In this document: positions 1-9,644 of the stretch, one piece after another
How the letters are laid out: every line of letters begins with the position of its first letter
Position numbering within the stretch: the first letter of the stretch is position 1
DNA from: Phoronis australis
Lineage: Eukaryota > Animalia > Phoronida
Length of the DNA stretch: 64,000 nucleotides
NCBI GenBank assembly: GCA_002633005.1
Contig: NMRA01000180.1
Span: 36,518 to 100,517 of the forward strand
Direction of reading: 5' to 3'
Position numbers and translations under genes: made by a program
The notes under the pieces: model-generated
The model's database searches: none
What the model was told of the DNA's origin: nothing
Seen by the model: only the letters and a program-made list of their open reading frames with translations

Positions 1-24
1 AAACCTTTTCAAACAACTCACGAT

Positions 25-575
25 TCTTTCTGGGAAATGTATTTTTAAAGGCCAGTATTATTGAATCTAATTGTGCTGTATGTATGTAAATTTATGATGC
101 TTTGAGTAAAAAGGTGCTTGTATAAATGTTTAAAATTTGTGGTTCCATATTCATGTATTCATACAATTGTGATCAGTACGCTGTACAACAGTAATAATCA
201 TATGGAATAAAGTCCAATTTAATCGTCTAAAAACCGTCTTCTGTGGAATGCGTTAGGGTCCCTTAATGGGGAATACTTTGTCAGCATTTTATTACATATA
301 TTCGCCCTTTTAATTATGTATTAGCGCATGTTGCCATCCTCTCTGTCTTAGCATCCGTAGCCCTAGGCGGCGTTCGGGCGTTCGGCGTTCATTGCTGGTA
401 TATCGCCTAAAGCCTTTGCGGGATTTTAACGAGATTTCATAGAAATGATTCTATGGAGCTGATAATAGAGTACAATGATTTTTGGTCCTATCCCCTTACT
501 ACTCTACCCCCTTGTGGCAATTTGAGATTTTACGGTTGCTTGTTGGATGGGTTTTTGTGAAAGTTAGCAAATAGG
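25..575 (+). repeat. Interspersed repeat or old duplication, also present at ~62423-62903
   Basis: Shared blocks such as TGTATGT(A/T)AATTTATGATGCTT(A)TGAGTAAAAAGGT(G/A)CTTGTATAAATGTTT and CGGTTGCTT..GCAAATAG in the same order. Confidence 0.7.
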
Positions 576-898
576 TGTTCATTAAAAAGAGAACGACATA
601 TTGTCACTTCCGGGTGGCTTTGACGATTTTGCGCCATCTGAAAGTCATTTTTAGATCAACCTGTCTGTTGTTTGCCCTTCGCCTTTCTATTTGACACACC
701 AGGATCATTAGGAAATTTGCTGTGTGTGTTCCAGGTGAGGAGACCAAAGCTGCCGTTTATTTCCGGACGGGTTTCAACTCGTTGTTTTTACGTCTACGGC
801 TGTACTCTCTTTCAAGTTTTTGTAGAATCTGTAAGAATTTTGAAGGGTGGGTTCCTATGGAGCTAACAATGGACGAGTATCAGACCCATACGACTACC

Positions 899-977
899 GC
901 TCTGCTTTCTAGTGGTAATTTATTTTGTTACGTTTGCTCTGCTTTCTAGTGGTAATTTAACTTTTGTACGTTTGCTA
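899..977 (+). repeat. Tandem duplication of a unit of about 37 nt
   Basis: GCTCTGCTTTCTAGTGGTAATTTA...TACGTTT occurs twice in tandem. Confidence 0.85.
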
Positions 978-1974
978 TGTGTCTTTGGAGTGCATTGATG
1001 ACTTGTAAAGAAAATTGAATAATACATGTAGGTTACCATCGAAGAGGCGGCGATATTCTAATTTCGGATGTATTAGGTGCATTTTTGCGCCAACTTGGGG
1101 CCATTTTTATTCATAAGAGATCGGTTTTGGCGTTTACATCCACCAAGCCGGTCAAAGGATCATTTTGAAACACGTGTTCCTGATGATCAGACTGCAGCCG
1201 ACCTATTTTCGTAAGGTCTGACAACTGTAGCCTCCCTGGTCGTGATGTCTTTTTGCGTCCTCTGCTGTATCTTCGCAATCATTCAGAGCTAGTCAAGGTT
1301 TTTTCATTAAATCTGAAGGCAATAGCAGAAGAATTCGGCACATTTTGCGCTACTTTGTGGCCACGTTTATTTTTTTTTTTTTCAAGTCGTCATCTTTATG
1401 GGCGACTAGACAAGATCTGACGACTCTACCGTCTCGTCCTAGAAAAAAGACGCTCGATTTCGTAACAGTTTGTCTTCATAAGTGGAATTTGGTCCACATA
1501 CGGCCGACAGTAGACGCACGTACATGTAGACACACTTAGACGCACTGCACCTCATTTTTCTTGCTGACCCAGAGTAACGCAGTCTTCTTACGCTGCTGGG
1601 TTTCGCATATCGTAACGTTGATGTGATCAGCGACGTTTTTCGTTGCATAACGTGGAAAAGAGGAACAAAGTTGACACAACCAATTAGTTAGCCAAAATTA
1701 AGACAAAACACAAACGTTAAAAACTTAAAAGAGGCCTAGAACGCGATATACAGACTAAAATACAATATTGAAAGTGGTTTTCTGCCACTGAAACAGAATT
1801 CAACCTGATCACCAGGTATTTTTAGAGTTTGTTTGTAACGATTTTTATTTCTTTTGATATCAGACTTCTTTCTTTTAGTTTCAATTTTCCAAAAACGATC
1901 TGTCAACTTCTCGCAACTTCGTCGATTTTCTCTCACAAGGCAAAGCACTTCTCTTTATTTAATATGGCAAGACA

Positions 1975-2466
1975 TATGGGCCTTTCATACTAACGTCGAC
2001 GCATCGATGGTTTGGGGAGTTGCGGTCAGTATGAACGCTTATCTCCGGTCCTGGATCGCAGTTAACAGGTGGATTTAATAGCGTCGACGCTGCGGTGCAG
2101 TATGAACGCTTAACTTCGGTCCAATCGAAGTTATCGCCAGGTGCCACTGTTATCGTCAACAGTTACAAGGTAGGCCCAGTGCCGTCACTAATAGCTGATT
2201 ATATTTTACTCTAATAATAACCAATCGATTTAAAAACAAGCTTAATGTCACTTAGCACTTGTAAATGTTTCCAAATTGAAGCATTGAAAAATCTTAGCGT
2301 GCAACACTACCTTGCGATAACTTCGATGATGGCAGCGGCACCAACTGCTTACTTCTATGTTCTTTGACTACCGAAGCCAGTATGAACGGTCCTGTTAACT
2401 GCGCTGTTTACATGTACGTCGACGCTCTGCTCAGACCGAAGTTAAGTCAATATGGAAGGGCCCATA
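1975..2466. mobile_element. MITE, possibly PIF/Harbinger-like
   Basis: Ends TATGGGCCTTTCATA ... TATGGAAGGGCCCATA are inverted; internal repeats CAGTATGAACG and CGTCGACGC. Confidence 0.6.
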
Positions 2467-3367
2467 GTCGTAGCACATTTCCCTTATATGAAAATGTGAC
2501 TTTTGACCTCAAGCGACTTTGAGCAGCCGATTGTGAGCGTATGCGCGTATTTATAATACATTTAAGTGGTAGGGAGATTAGAAATTGTTTTCCCTTCGAG
2601 CGTGTTTCAAAAATCGTGAATTTTGTGATTGTTTTTGGACATTTCCTCAGAGGGGAATGTAAAATATTTTGTACTAGACGTTGTACGAGATGATACTCTC
2701 CTCAGGACTTTTTAAAAGATATTTTTGACGAATTTTCGTGTTCCATGCCCTTTTAAGTCAAACTTAAGATCTCTTGGAACGAACTTGAGATAATGTTTTA
2801 TCTTGAAATTGGTTGAAATTTAAGATATGTCTTAGCCAAGTCAATTTTCTTGGAACGAGCTCCGATTTCTTACATGTAAATTAGGAATGTTGCATGAAAA
2901 GATCCTGCTGGGTTCAAAGCCAAAATTTGACGTAGTCTAAAGATGGATTAGAAGCCTTTGCACAGAGTCTTCAGTAAACAGGAAAACATACCCGAGTCCC
3001 TAACAGACCTGATTCATGAAATTTATACGCTACATGTACTTGGCAAGATAGAAATTCAGTTCTTTCGCCTAACCCAATTAAAATGACACAAAATGCTCCC
3101 CTTTTGAAAAAGCTGGCCATTCCTGTGTTGGCCGTGAACGTTTGGCCTGCTTTTTTATCGGTTATCCTCCGAAGAAAGTGGTTTGTAGTGCAAACCATGA
3201 TAAGGAAAGATTTGAATCATTTTTGCATGCTCAAATGACACGATTTGCAGTTTGAAGGAAACGAGGAAGACTATGTCTTTAAACCAAGGAGTTTTGAAGT
3301 GATATACAAACATTTTGTTGTAGATCTATTTTCTTTAGCCTAATGCGCGGAGAATTTGAAGGAAAGT

Positions 3368-3508
3368 TTAACCAGATCCGCAAACGTATGAACAGTAGTT
3401 GTTACTGTTGGTCCCTTCATAGACCCAGCAGGTGGCGCGGTTGTCCGTGTACCGCCCAATATGAATGTGTTCTCCGCCAGTACAAGTCCTGGAACCGTGC
3501 CAGATGAC
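3368..3508 (-). CDS. SH3b-M15 gene exon 6 (H-I-H motif and stop)
   Basis: Acceptor CGTTACAG, VIWHGSRTCTGGEHIHIGRYTDNRATCWVYEGTNSNNYCSYVCGSG then TAA. Confidence 0.88.
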   Translation of the reverse strand, partial: VIWHGSRTCTGGEHIHIGRYTDNRATCWVYEGTNSNNYCSYVCGSG

Positions 3509-6500
3509 CTGTAACGAAGAATGCAAATGCTAAATTTATTTATACCAGGGTGGAGTCCCAACTATAGACATTTAGACGTGTCACATTAGCAGGCAATGCA
3601 CTTGTGGTAAGAAACTCTTGGTTAGCGAACGGAAACAACGAATTCTGGGTATAGGCCTAATCATGGGCCACGCACCATAGGGGCCCTGGGGGGGGGGGCT
3701 ATAGCCCACCACATTTTTCACAGCTACGTCACCCTTGGTCTGTGGGAGATGCACCACTTTTTTCAGTCTGCACCGCCCATGATAATGCAATACCTCACCG
3801 ATCAAGCACTTAAGTGACCTCTGTTTTGCTGGATTACCCTAGCCCTGAATATTTCCGAAACACTCGTGGTCTTGCATGATCTCATTTCTCACGCTTAAAA
3901 CATGGTATACGGAATGCACTTCAGATATGGAAATGGTACAGCAATAGAAAGGATAGCCAGTGGCTTGCACAAATAAGTCTACAACTGCGGTGCAAACGTA
4001 TTTGAGTACCTATTTAGGATTGTTTCACGTAACCGCTTACTGTTTCCCATAATATGGCTCTTAACTCATCGGATTGGCCAGATCTCTCACCTGGTAGTCA
4101 CGAGCGAGAACACCGCTTGATTTGATCTTCTGAAATATAGCAGCCCCAGAGCTTTGTCCGTCAATCCAGAAGTCAGCCGCCCTTCCGACATCGTGCTATG
4201 GACAGATAGGTGTGGCAATAGCGTGTCAAAGATATACATGTATGAAAAACTGAGTGCAGTGCATCAAATTCGTACATCAGATCAAAAAGTAAAATACAAT
4301 GTAGATCAGTTGCCGTTATAAAACTAGGTTAACTCTGAATAGAATACGAAAACTGTCAGATATTTGTTGCTTGAGGCATCTTGTTCATACGGATCGTGTT
4401 TTGCACCCAGTATGGTCTCAGGAAATAACAAGCACCTGCCTTTCAACGGTGTGACGAAGATCGCCCTCATGTGACCAGAGTGGCGACGCAAATGTCTAAG
4501 TCGTGGCAACAGAAGTTTCTGGTGTGCACACTATAGTGCGCACCCCGGAGTTAACCGCTTGTTGTAAAAATAATCATGGGTCTGTGAACGTAAATTCTAC
4601 GGGACAGCAAATGGCACTATTACCTACAATTTTTTATTGCCCCAGAATAGCGTTACAGGTTCCACCAGGTACTCATACATTGATATGAGGTCAATAAACC
4701 AATGTTTCCTCGAGGCCTGATAAAACACCGATCACTTCGCCACAATATCAACAGGCAACTTCACGTGGAAGTTCGTAATTTCCTTTCAGGAACACATCTC
4801 TGATGCATAATCAATCATGGCTCTCTTTAACAGCTTCCGTGTCAAAAAACCTTCATTTATTTCATTTCACAGGCGAAAGAGACGTAACTGTGATTAAAGT
4901 TCAATTTCAGGGCAATCATAGCCTTTTGGCCCAAAACTAACAAGTCAAAGTTTTATATGCTATGACGGTGCAGTAATTGCAATAAGCCAATTAGATGCTG
5001 CGTAAGAATTGGCATTGACAATGTATCTGGCTGAACCCGGGGGGCATGGATAATGTAAACTCACGTGAGATCTCCCGTTACCATTCCTGTCGCCGCTGGT
5101 TACCCATAATCGGGTGCAGAACAAGTCGGCTATGCGTTGTAGGTCTTGCTTAACTTTGCTGTCGGAGATACGGTAACCACGGTAGTCTACTCTGCCGCAA
5201 CCCGATTTGCCTAGAAGGAAAAGCATTGCGCTGAAGCATTATGTTTTTATTTCCAATACTCGATCACATGTTCGTACATTCCCTATGGAAAGGCAAATTA
5301 ATTCACTAGAAAATTTTCGATTTTTTGCGCCGAGGCTCCAAAAAAAATTCCACTTTTGCACCATACTTTTGAAGTGATTGACTTTGAATGGCAGTCGAAA
5401 TTAGAATGAACTGTACACCGTGACTAAAAGCTAAGAGAGAGAATACAAAGACAAAAATGTCACAGGCATAATGTTTGTAATACAAATAACAAACCGACTG
5501 AGCCACCGGAAGAACACTGAGCGGACGATCCGACTTTCAGGTACTTGCCGACTGTCCAGACACTCTGCAAAAGACAATTACATGTACATGTAGTTGCAAG
5601 GGAATAATATGACTTAAAAGTATCAACAATAAATTGTACAAAAGGATGTACTTTAAGTGAACATTGTTCACACCTGAGCGGATTAGATTGTGTAAATACA
5701 ATTTTCGTTGTTGCTGTTGTCGTTACCTTAGTCCCGTATGTCAACTTGAACCACTGGTATCCGTCTTTGGTAAGTCTGAGCCCAGCGTATTTGTAACATT
5801 CACCCCTGTTGAGCGTTGCTACTACACTTGCCCTGATGCTGGCTGAAACGTGTTTTGACAATAATGTCAGATTTTATTTCGTCGTGAATCGTAGTTAATA
5901 AGAGAGCATATTAGAAAATGTGATCATTATCCGTAGATCATTGCAACATAATTTCATCCCACGGTAAAAGTTTTAACACATCAAGTAGAAAACTTGAACT
6001 TGTAGAGTTTAATGCCGAAATCTGCTCACTGACTAATCTGTCGCCTATTGGGTCAAGTTTTAAATTTCAGTAAAAATGTTTTCGAAAGTAATATCCTAAC
6101 AACCACCAACATGACTCAACATTATAAATATTTACATTGCAGAACAAAATCCCAAGAACGATGTCACAATTTCTAAATTTTATTTCCTTCTTCGAGGTAT
6201 AAATCGGAACTTTTTAAAACTACATATAAGATCCTGTGCTAGAGCGACTTATTTTAAAACAACTCACTATAAAGTACATGTAGTTTCAATAATAGTGTTT
6301 GCACAACCATATATGGTATCAGACGATTGTTTTTGAGCCCGGTCAGCCATTTCTTATATCCGTTGTTCCGAATAAAACGGGGAAAATTTTGACATGTTTT
6401 GGTTTTTTATAGTCTTCAAAGGAGAATATTATTTCATAAGTTTGCATTGCACTATGTTCAAGATCAACGCAAGTTACACACTTTGAGTTTCCAAATCAGG

Positions 6501-7160
6501 GATTGATCGTGGTTTACATTTCTTTATGTGAATATTAATATTTTCTATAGAGGCCTCTAGATGCTCTCATTTTTTCACAATTCTGTTTTACCCACTTTTT
6601 GTCCACCTTTTCATGAGACGTCATGTAAAGCCCGGAACATCTCATCCGTAACACTTCGTATGTCATCTTTTCGTACCCTCAAAATCTCAGAGGCAAATTT
6701 CAACAGCAAGTCCTGTGATCCTTGAATTTGAGGCAACGAAAATATCAATGCATGTATGTACATGCAATATACTTTAATTACGAAATGCTTTGCATGTACA
6801 AAGTTTTGAAGAAGACATTAGAATGTGGTAAGCGTGAAGTTTGCATGCTAAATTTACACGATATACCTGTAAAAGTTGACTTAAACTACATGTACTTCAG
6901 TTCGCAGGACCCCCAAGAAGTGGTCAATTTCAAGTGACTTAGACTTAAGAACGACGTGGTTCAATTGCCCCAATTACTGATTTTGTCTTCAGTATGATTA
7001 TAGAGCAACGATAATGTATAATTGTTTTTCAAATACCTGAGCTTCTGGCATTGACGCCAGTTCCTGTTAAACACAAACAGGTTCCAAATTTCGGGTTGGT
7101 TCCGGTTATATCAGCCTCTGTTACAGCGAACAAACCGGCGAAGACGATGTACAATAGCAT
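3368..7160 (-). CDS. Six-exon gene for a secreted SH3b-like + peptidase M15 (LAS family Zn-metallopeptidase) protein, 233 aa; putative peptidoglycan hydrolase
   Basis: Exons (minus) 7160-7037, 5842-5727, 5564-5495, 5210-5065, 4195-4091, 3508-3368. All introns are GT..AG, phases 1,0,1,0,0 are consistent, total 702 nt ending TAA. Protein: MLLYIVFAGLFAVTEADITGTNPKFGTCLCLTGTGVNARSSASIRASVVATLNRGECYKYAGLRLTKDGYQWFKLTYGTKSVWTVGKYLKVGSSAQCSSGGSVGKSGCGRVDYRGYRISDSKVKQDLQRIADLFCTRLWVTSGDRNGNGRSHHDVGRAADFWIDGQSSGAAIFQKIKSSGVLARDYQVIWHGSRTCTGGEHIHIGRYTDNRATCWVYEGTNSNNYCSYVCGSG. Confidence 0.88.
4091..4195 (-). CDS. SH3b-M15 gene exon 5 (H-x6-D zinc ligands)
   Basis: Acceptor TGTCCATAG, HDVGRAADFWIDGQSSGAAIFQKIKSSGVLARDYQ, donor CAG|GTGAGA. 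Confidence 0.88.
5065..5210 (-). CDS. SH3b-M15 gene exon 4 (peptidase domain N-half, VTSGDR motif)
   Basis: Acceptor CCTTCTAG, ...LQRIADLFCTRLWVTSGDRNGNGRSH, donor CAC|GTGAGT. Confidence 0.88.
5495..5564 (-). CDS. SH3b-M15 gene exon 3 (end of SH3b-like domain and Gly/Ser linker)
   Basis: Acceptor TTTTGCAG, SVWTVGKYLKVGSSAQCSSGGSV, donor G|GTTTGT, phase 1. Confidence 0.8.
5727..5842 (-). CDS. SH3b-M15 gene exon 2 (SH3b-like core)
   Basis: Acceptor TTTCAG, SIRASVVATLNRGECYKYAGLRLTKDGYQWFKLTYGTK, donor AAG|GTAAC. Confidence 0.88.
7037..7160 (-). CDS. SH3b-M15 gene exon 1 (signal peptide and start of SH3b-like domain)
   Basis: ATG at 7160, hydrophobic MLLYIVFAGLFAVTEA, then CLCLTGTGVNARSS; donor CAG|GTATT, phase 1. 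Confidence 0.85.
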
Positions 7161-7233
7161 TTTGCTTAATGAGGCCTCAATACTTGATAATCACTCCAAA
7201 GCACTCTGATATTATTTTAAGGCCGATCGCTGA

Positions 7234-7240
7234 TTTTATA
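7234..7240 (-). promoter_or_regulatory. Candidate TATA box of the SH3b-M15 gene
   Basis: TATAAAA on the minus strand about 75 nt upstream of the ATG at 7160; the equivalent position in the duplicate reads TCTAAAA. Confidence 0.45.
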
Positions 7241-7360
7241 ACGTCGCTGCCATGTGGTCACGCTTTGTATCTTAATCTTACTAAGTTATCTATGGCCCTG
7301 GTGCCGTGGGAATTGGAGCGTTGACGGACGAAAATAATATAAACCAAAACCGCTGTCCGA

Positions 7361-8136
7361 TATGGAATGCCAACACGGAAGAAATTCAACACAAATTGAC
7401 ACAACAAGATCATGAAAATATTATAGTCAACATTTAAAATGTTGACAAAATTTCGAAAATATTGTCGACAATTTCAAAATATCTTGTCAATATTTTAAAA
7501 ATGTTACAAACGTTTTTAATAATATCTTGCCAACAATTTAATTATTAATCTGGTTAACATTTTAAAACCTTCCCAACAGTTTAAACATCTTGCCAACCTT
7601 GTCAAAAAATCTTGCCAACATTTTTAATTTTGCCAATATTTTCAATCTTGCCACCAATTTAAAAGCATCAATATTTTATGCACATCCCCTATTTGGCACA
7701 TCACATGATCACGGATGTCTGCCATTTGTCAGCTGATTCATGTCAAAAACTGCTACAATACAAAGGTTAAAACGTTGATCCGTCTTTACACCTTTGGTGC
7801 GAAATTTCAGACGGCTATCGGCTGCTCTTTAGTTTCCTCGCAAGGCCGCTAGGTGTTATAATGTAGGTCACGTGATATGCGCGAAGTGACTTGATCAATG
7901 AATCTTGATGTGGTGGTAAGATGTTGTCAAGGCTGTAGAAAGTGGACAACATTTAAGAAAATGTTGACAAGATTTACAAGATTTTTAAAATGTTAGAAAG
8001 AGATTTTTTCAAAACGTTGACAAAATTTTTAATACGTTGACAAGATTTTTAAAATGTTGTTAACATTAATGTTAATGTTAATATTATCATGGAGTGTAAA
8101 TCGTTGTTGGAATTTCTTCCGTTTTGGCATTCCATA
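7361..8136. mobile_element. MITE with ~30-bp TIRs and subterminal TTGCCAACA/TGTTGACAA repeat arrays, immediately upstream of the SH3b-M15 gene
   Basis: Left end TATGGAATGCCAACACGGAAGAAATTC; right end reverse complement TATGGAATGCCAAAACGGAAGAAATTC; TA at both ends. Confidence 0.8.
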
Positions 8137-9530
8137 GACCGAGTCCAGGTAATAACTTCATAATTTGGACATTGCCTTGGAAGAACTCGCTTGTTGAACA
8201 AAAGTAAATAAAAGTAATGTAGAACTATGTAGAAAAGACCTATTGTAATTGAATATAGACCGGAGTTCCAACTGGATTGACACAGGTGATGTTTTGCCCA
8301 CAGGTCATATCTCATCCACATGCTGCCAGTTATTAATGGTCATTGTCTATTTTTTCAATGCTCATACTAGAAAAAAATCCTTTAGGTGGAAAATTTACCA
8401 GAGGCGCGTTCACTGACGCTAGTTACCCGTAAGTGAAAGTCAGAGAGATCACAAGCCTCCCATTCAATGCCTGGTGATTTATTTCAAAGACGCCAAGCTA
8501 CAATGTAGCAAATAACGAGCCGAACAAGACAAAATCCTGTCATTACATTGCATAATTTTCTGAAAAAAAGACCGGCTTTCGTTTTCGTGTTTCGAGGTGA
8601 ATACGATACTTTTTAAAAATAAATTCCTACGGATACATGTACCTTGTGCAAAAGTGGCCTATTTTAAAAGAACTGAAGTTACAGATGATAGAAAAATAAT
8701 GTTTGTACCATACATGTACATGGGGCATCTAAACGCATCACAGTATATTTGAACCTGGTCAGTCGGTTCGCAGATCTGCTGTTCTGAAATGAGCGAAATT
8801 TGACATGTTCTAGGTTACATACCGCTTAAAGGACAATTATTCTTTCAACAATGTACTTTGTACTATAATCAACATTAATACAAGTCATAAAATTTAGTTT
8901 TCAAATCAGTGCCTGATCGTGGGTTACATTTCCTTACGTGAGTAATAAAAATTCATGCCGATATGAGTGTTCTCGTTGTTTCACGCTTCTGTTTAACCGT
9001 GTATTTGTCCATGTGAACGTCGTATATGTGACGTCACGTAAACATCACATCCGTGCGTCTGCGTTCCCTCAAGTTTCCTTCGGAGGTGAATTTCAAAAGC
9101 AAGTCGTGTAACTGAAATTTGAGGTAACGACATTAAACCTGTATGTTTGTACGAAACCTAAAGAAATGCTTTGCCTGTACAAGGTTTAATAGTGAAAGAG
9201 ACGACGACGATAATCGTATATGATAGGCGGTTGAGTAAGGGGTGCACATGCTAAATTCACACGGTATATTGTTACAAGAAAACGTGAATTTCTTCAATTT
9301 GTGTACGAACTACACGAGTGAGAACAATAGCAGTTACCTAAGTACGGTGTGTTGTTTTCAGCTGGCCATCCGGCAAATGGTCGTTCAAGTGATTTAACCA
9401 CATGACTAAATGCGGATCAGATTATAGCACAACGATATCTTGAGGGGGTTTCTGATTTTTCATCGTTATCGTACGATTCACAACGTACAACCAGAAAACT
9501 GGTAGAATAACGTTGCTTTGTTTACAATAC

Positions 9531-9644
9531 CTGAACATCTCGTATTGGCGTCAGTTCCGGTTAAACACAAACAGGTTCCCGATTGCGGGTTGGTATCGCA
9601 TATATCAGCGTTTGCCACAGCGAAAAATCGAAGTACCATCGCAT
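9531..9644 (-). pseudogene. Decayed duplicate of exon 1 of the SH3b-M15 gene
   Basis: Homologous to 7160-7037 but 10 nt shorter, so the homologous ATG (9644) is out of frame. An ATG at 9639 gives MVLRFFAVANADICDTNPQSGTCLCLTGTDANTRCS with the GT donor intact. Part of the duplication ~6190-7270 / ~8590-9740. Confidence 0.7.

Noticed and set aside
3368-7160. Bacterial or phage contamination, or a Hedgehog gene, as the explanation for the M15-like protein
   Set aside because: Five spliceosomal introns and eukaryotic repeats exclude contamination; there is no CGPG N-terminus or Hint domain, and an SH3b-like domain is present.
7430-8070. Regularly spaced short repeats, superficially CRISPR-like
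   Set aside because: Short degenerate units without unique constant-length spacers, lying inside MITE TIRs; eukaryotic context and no cas genes.
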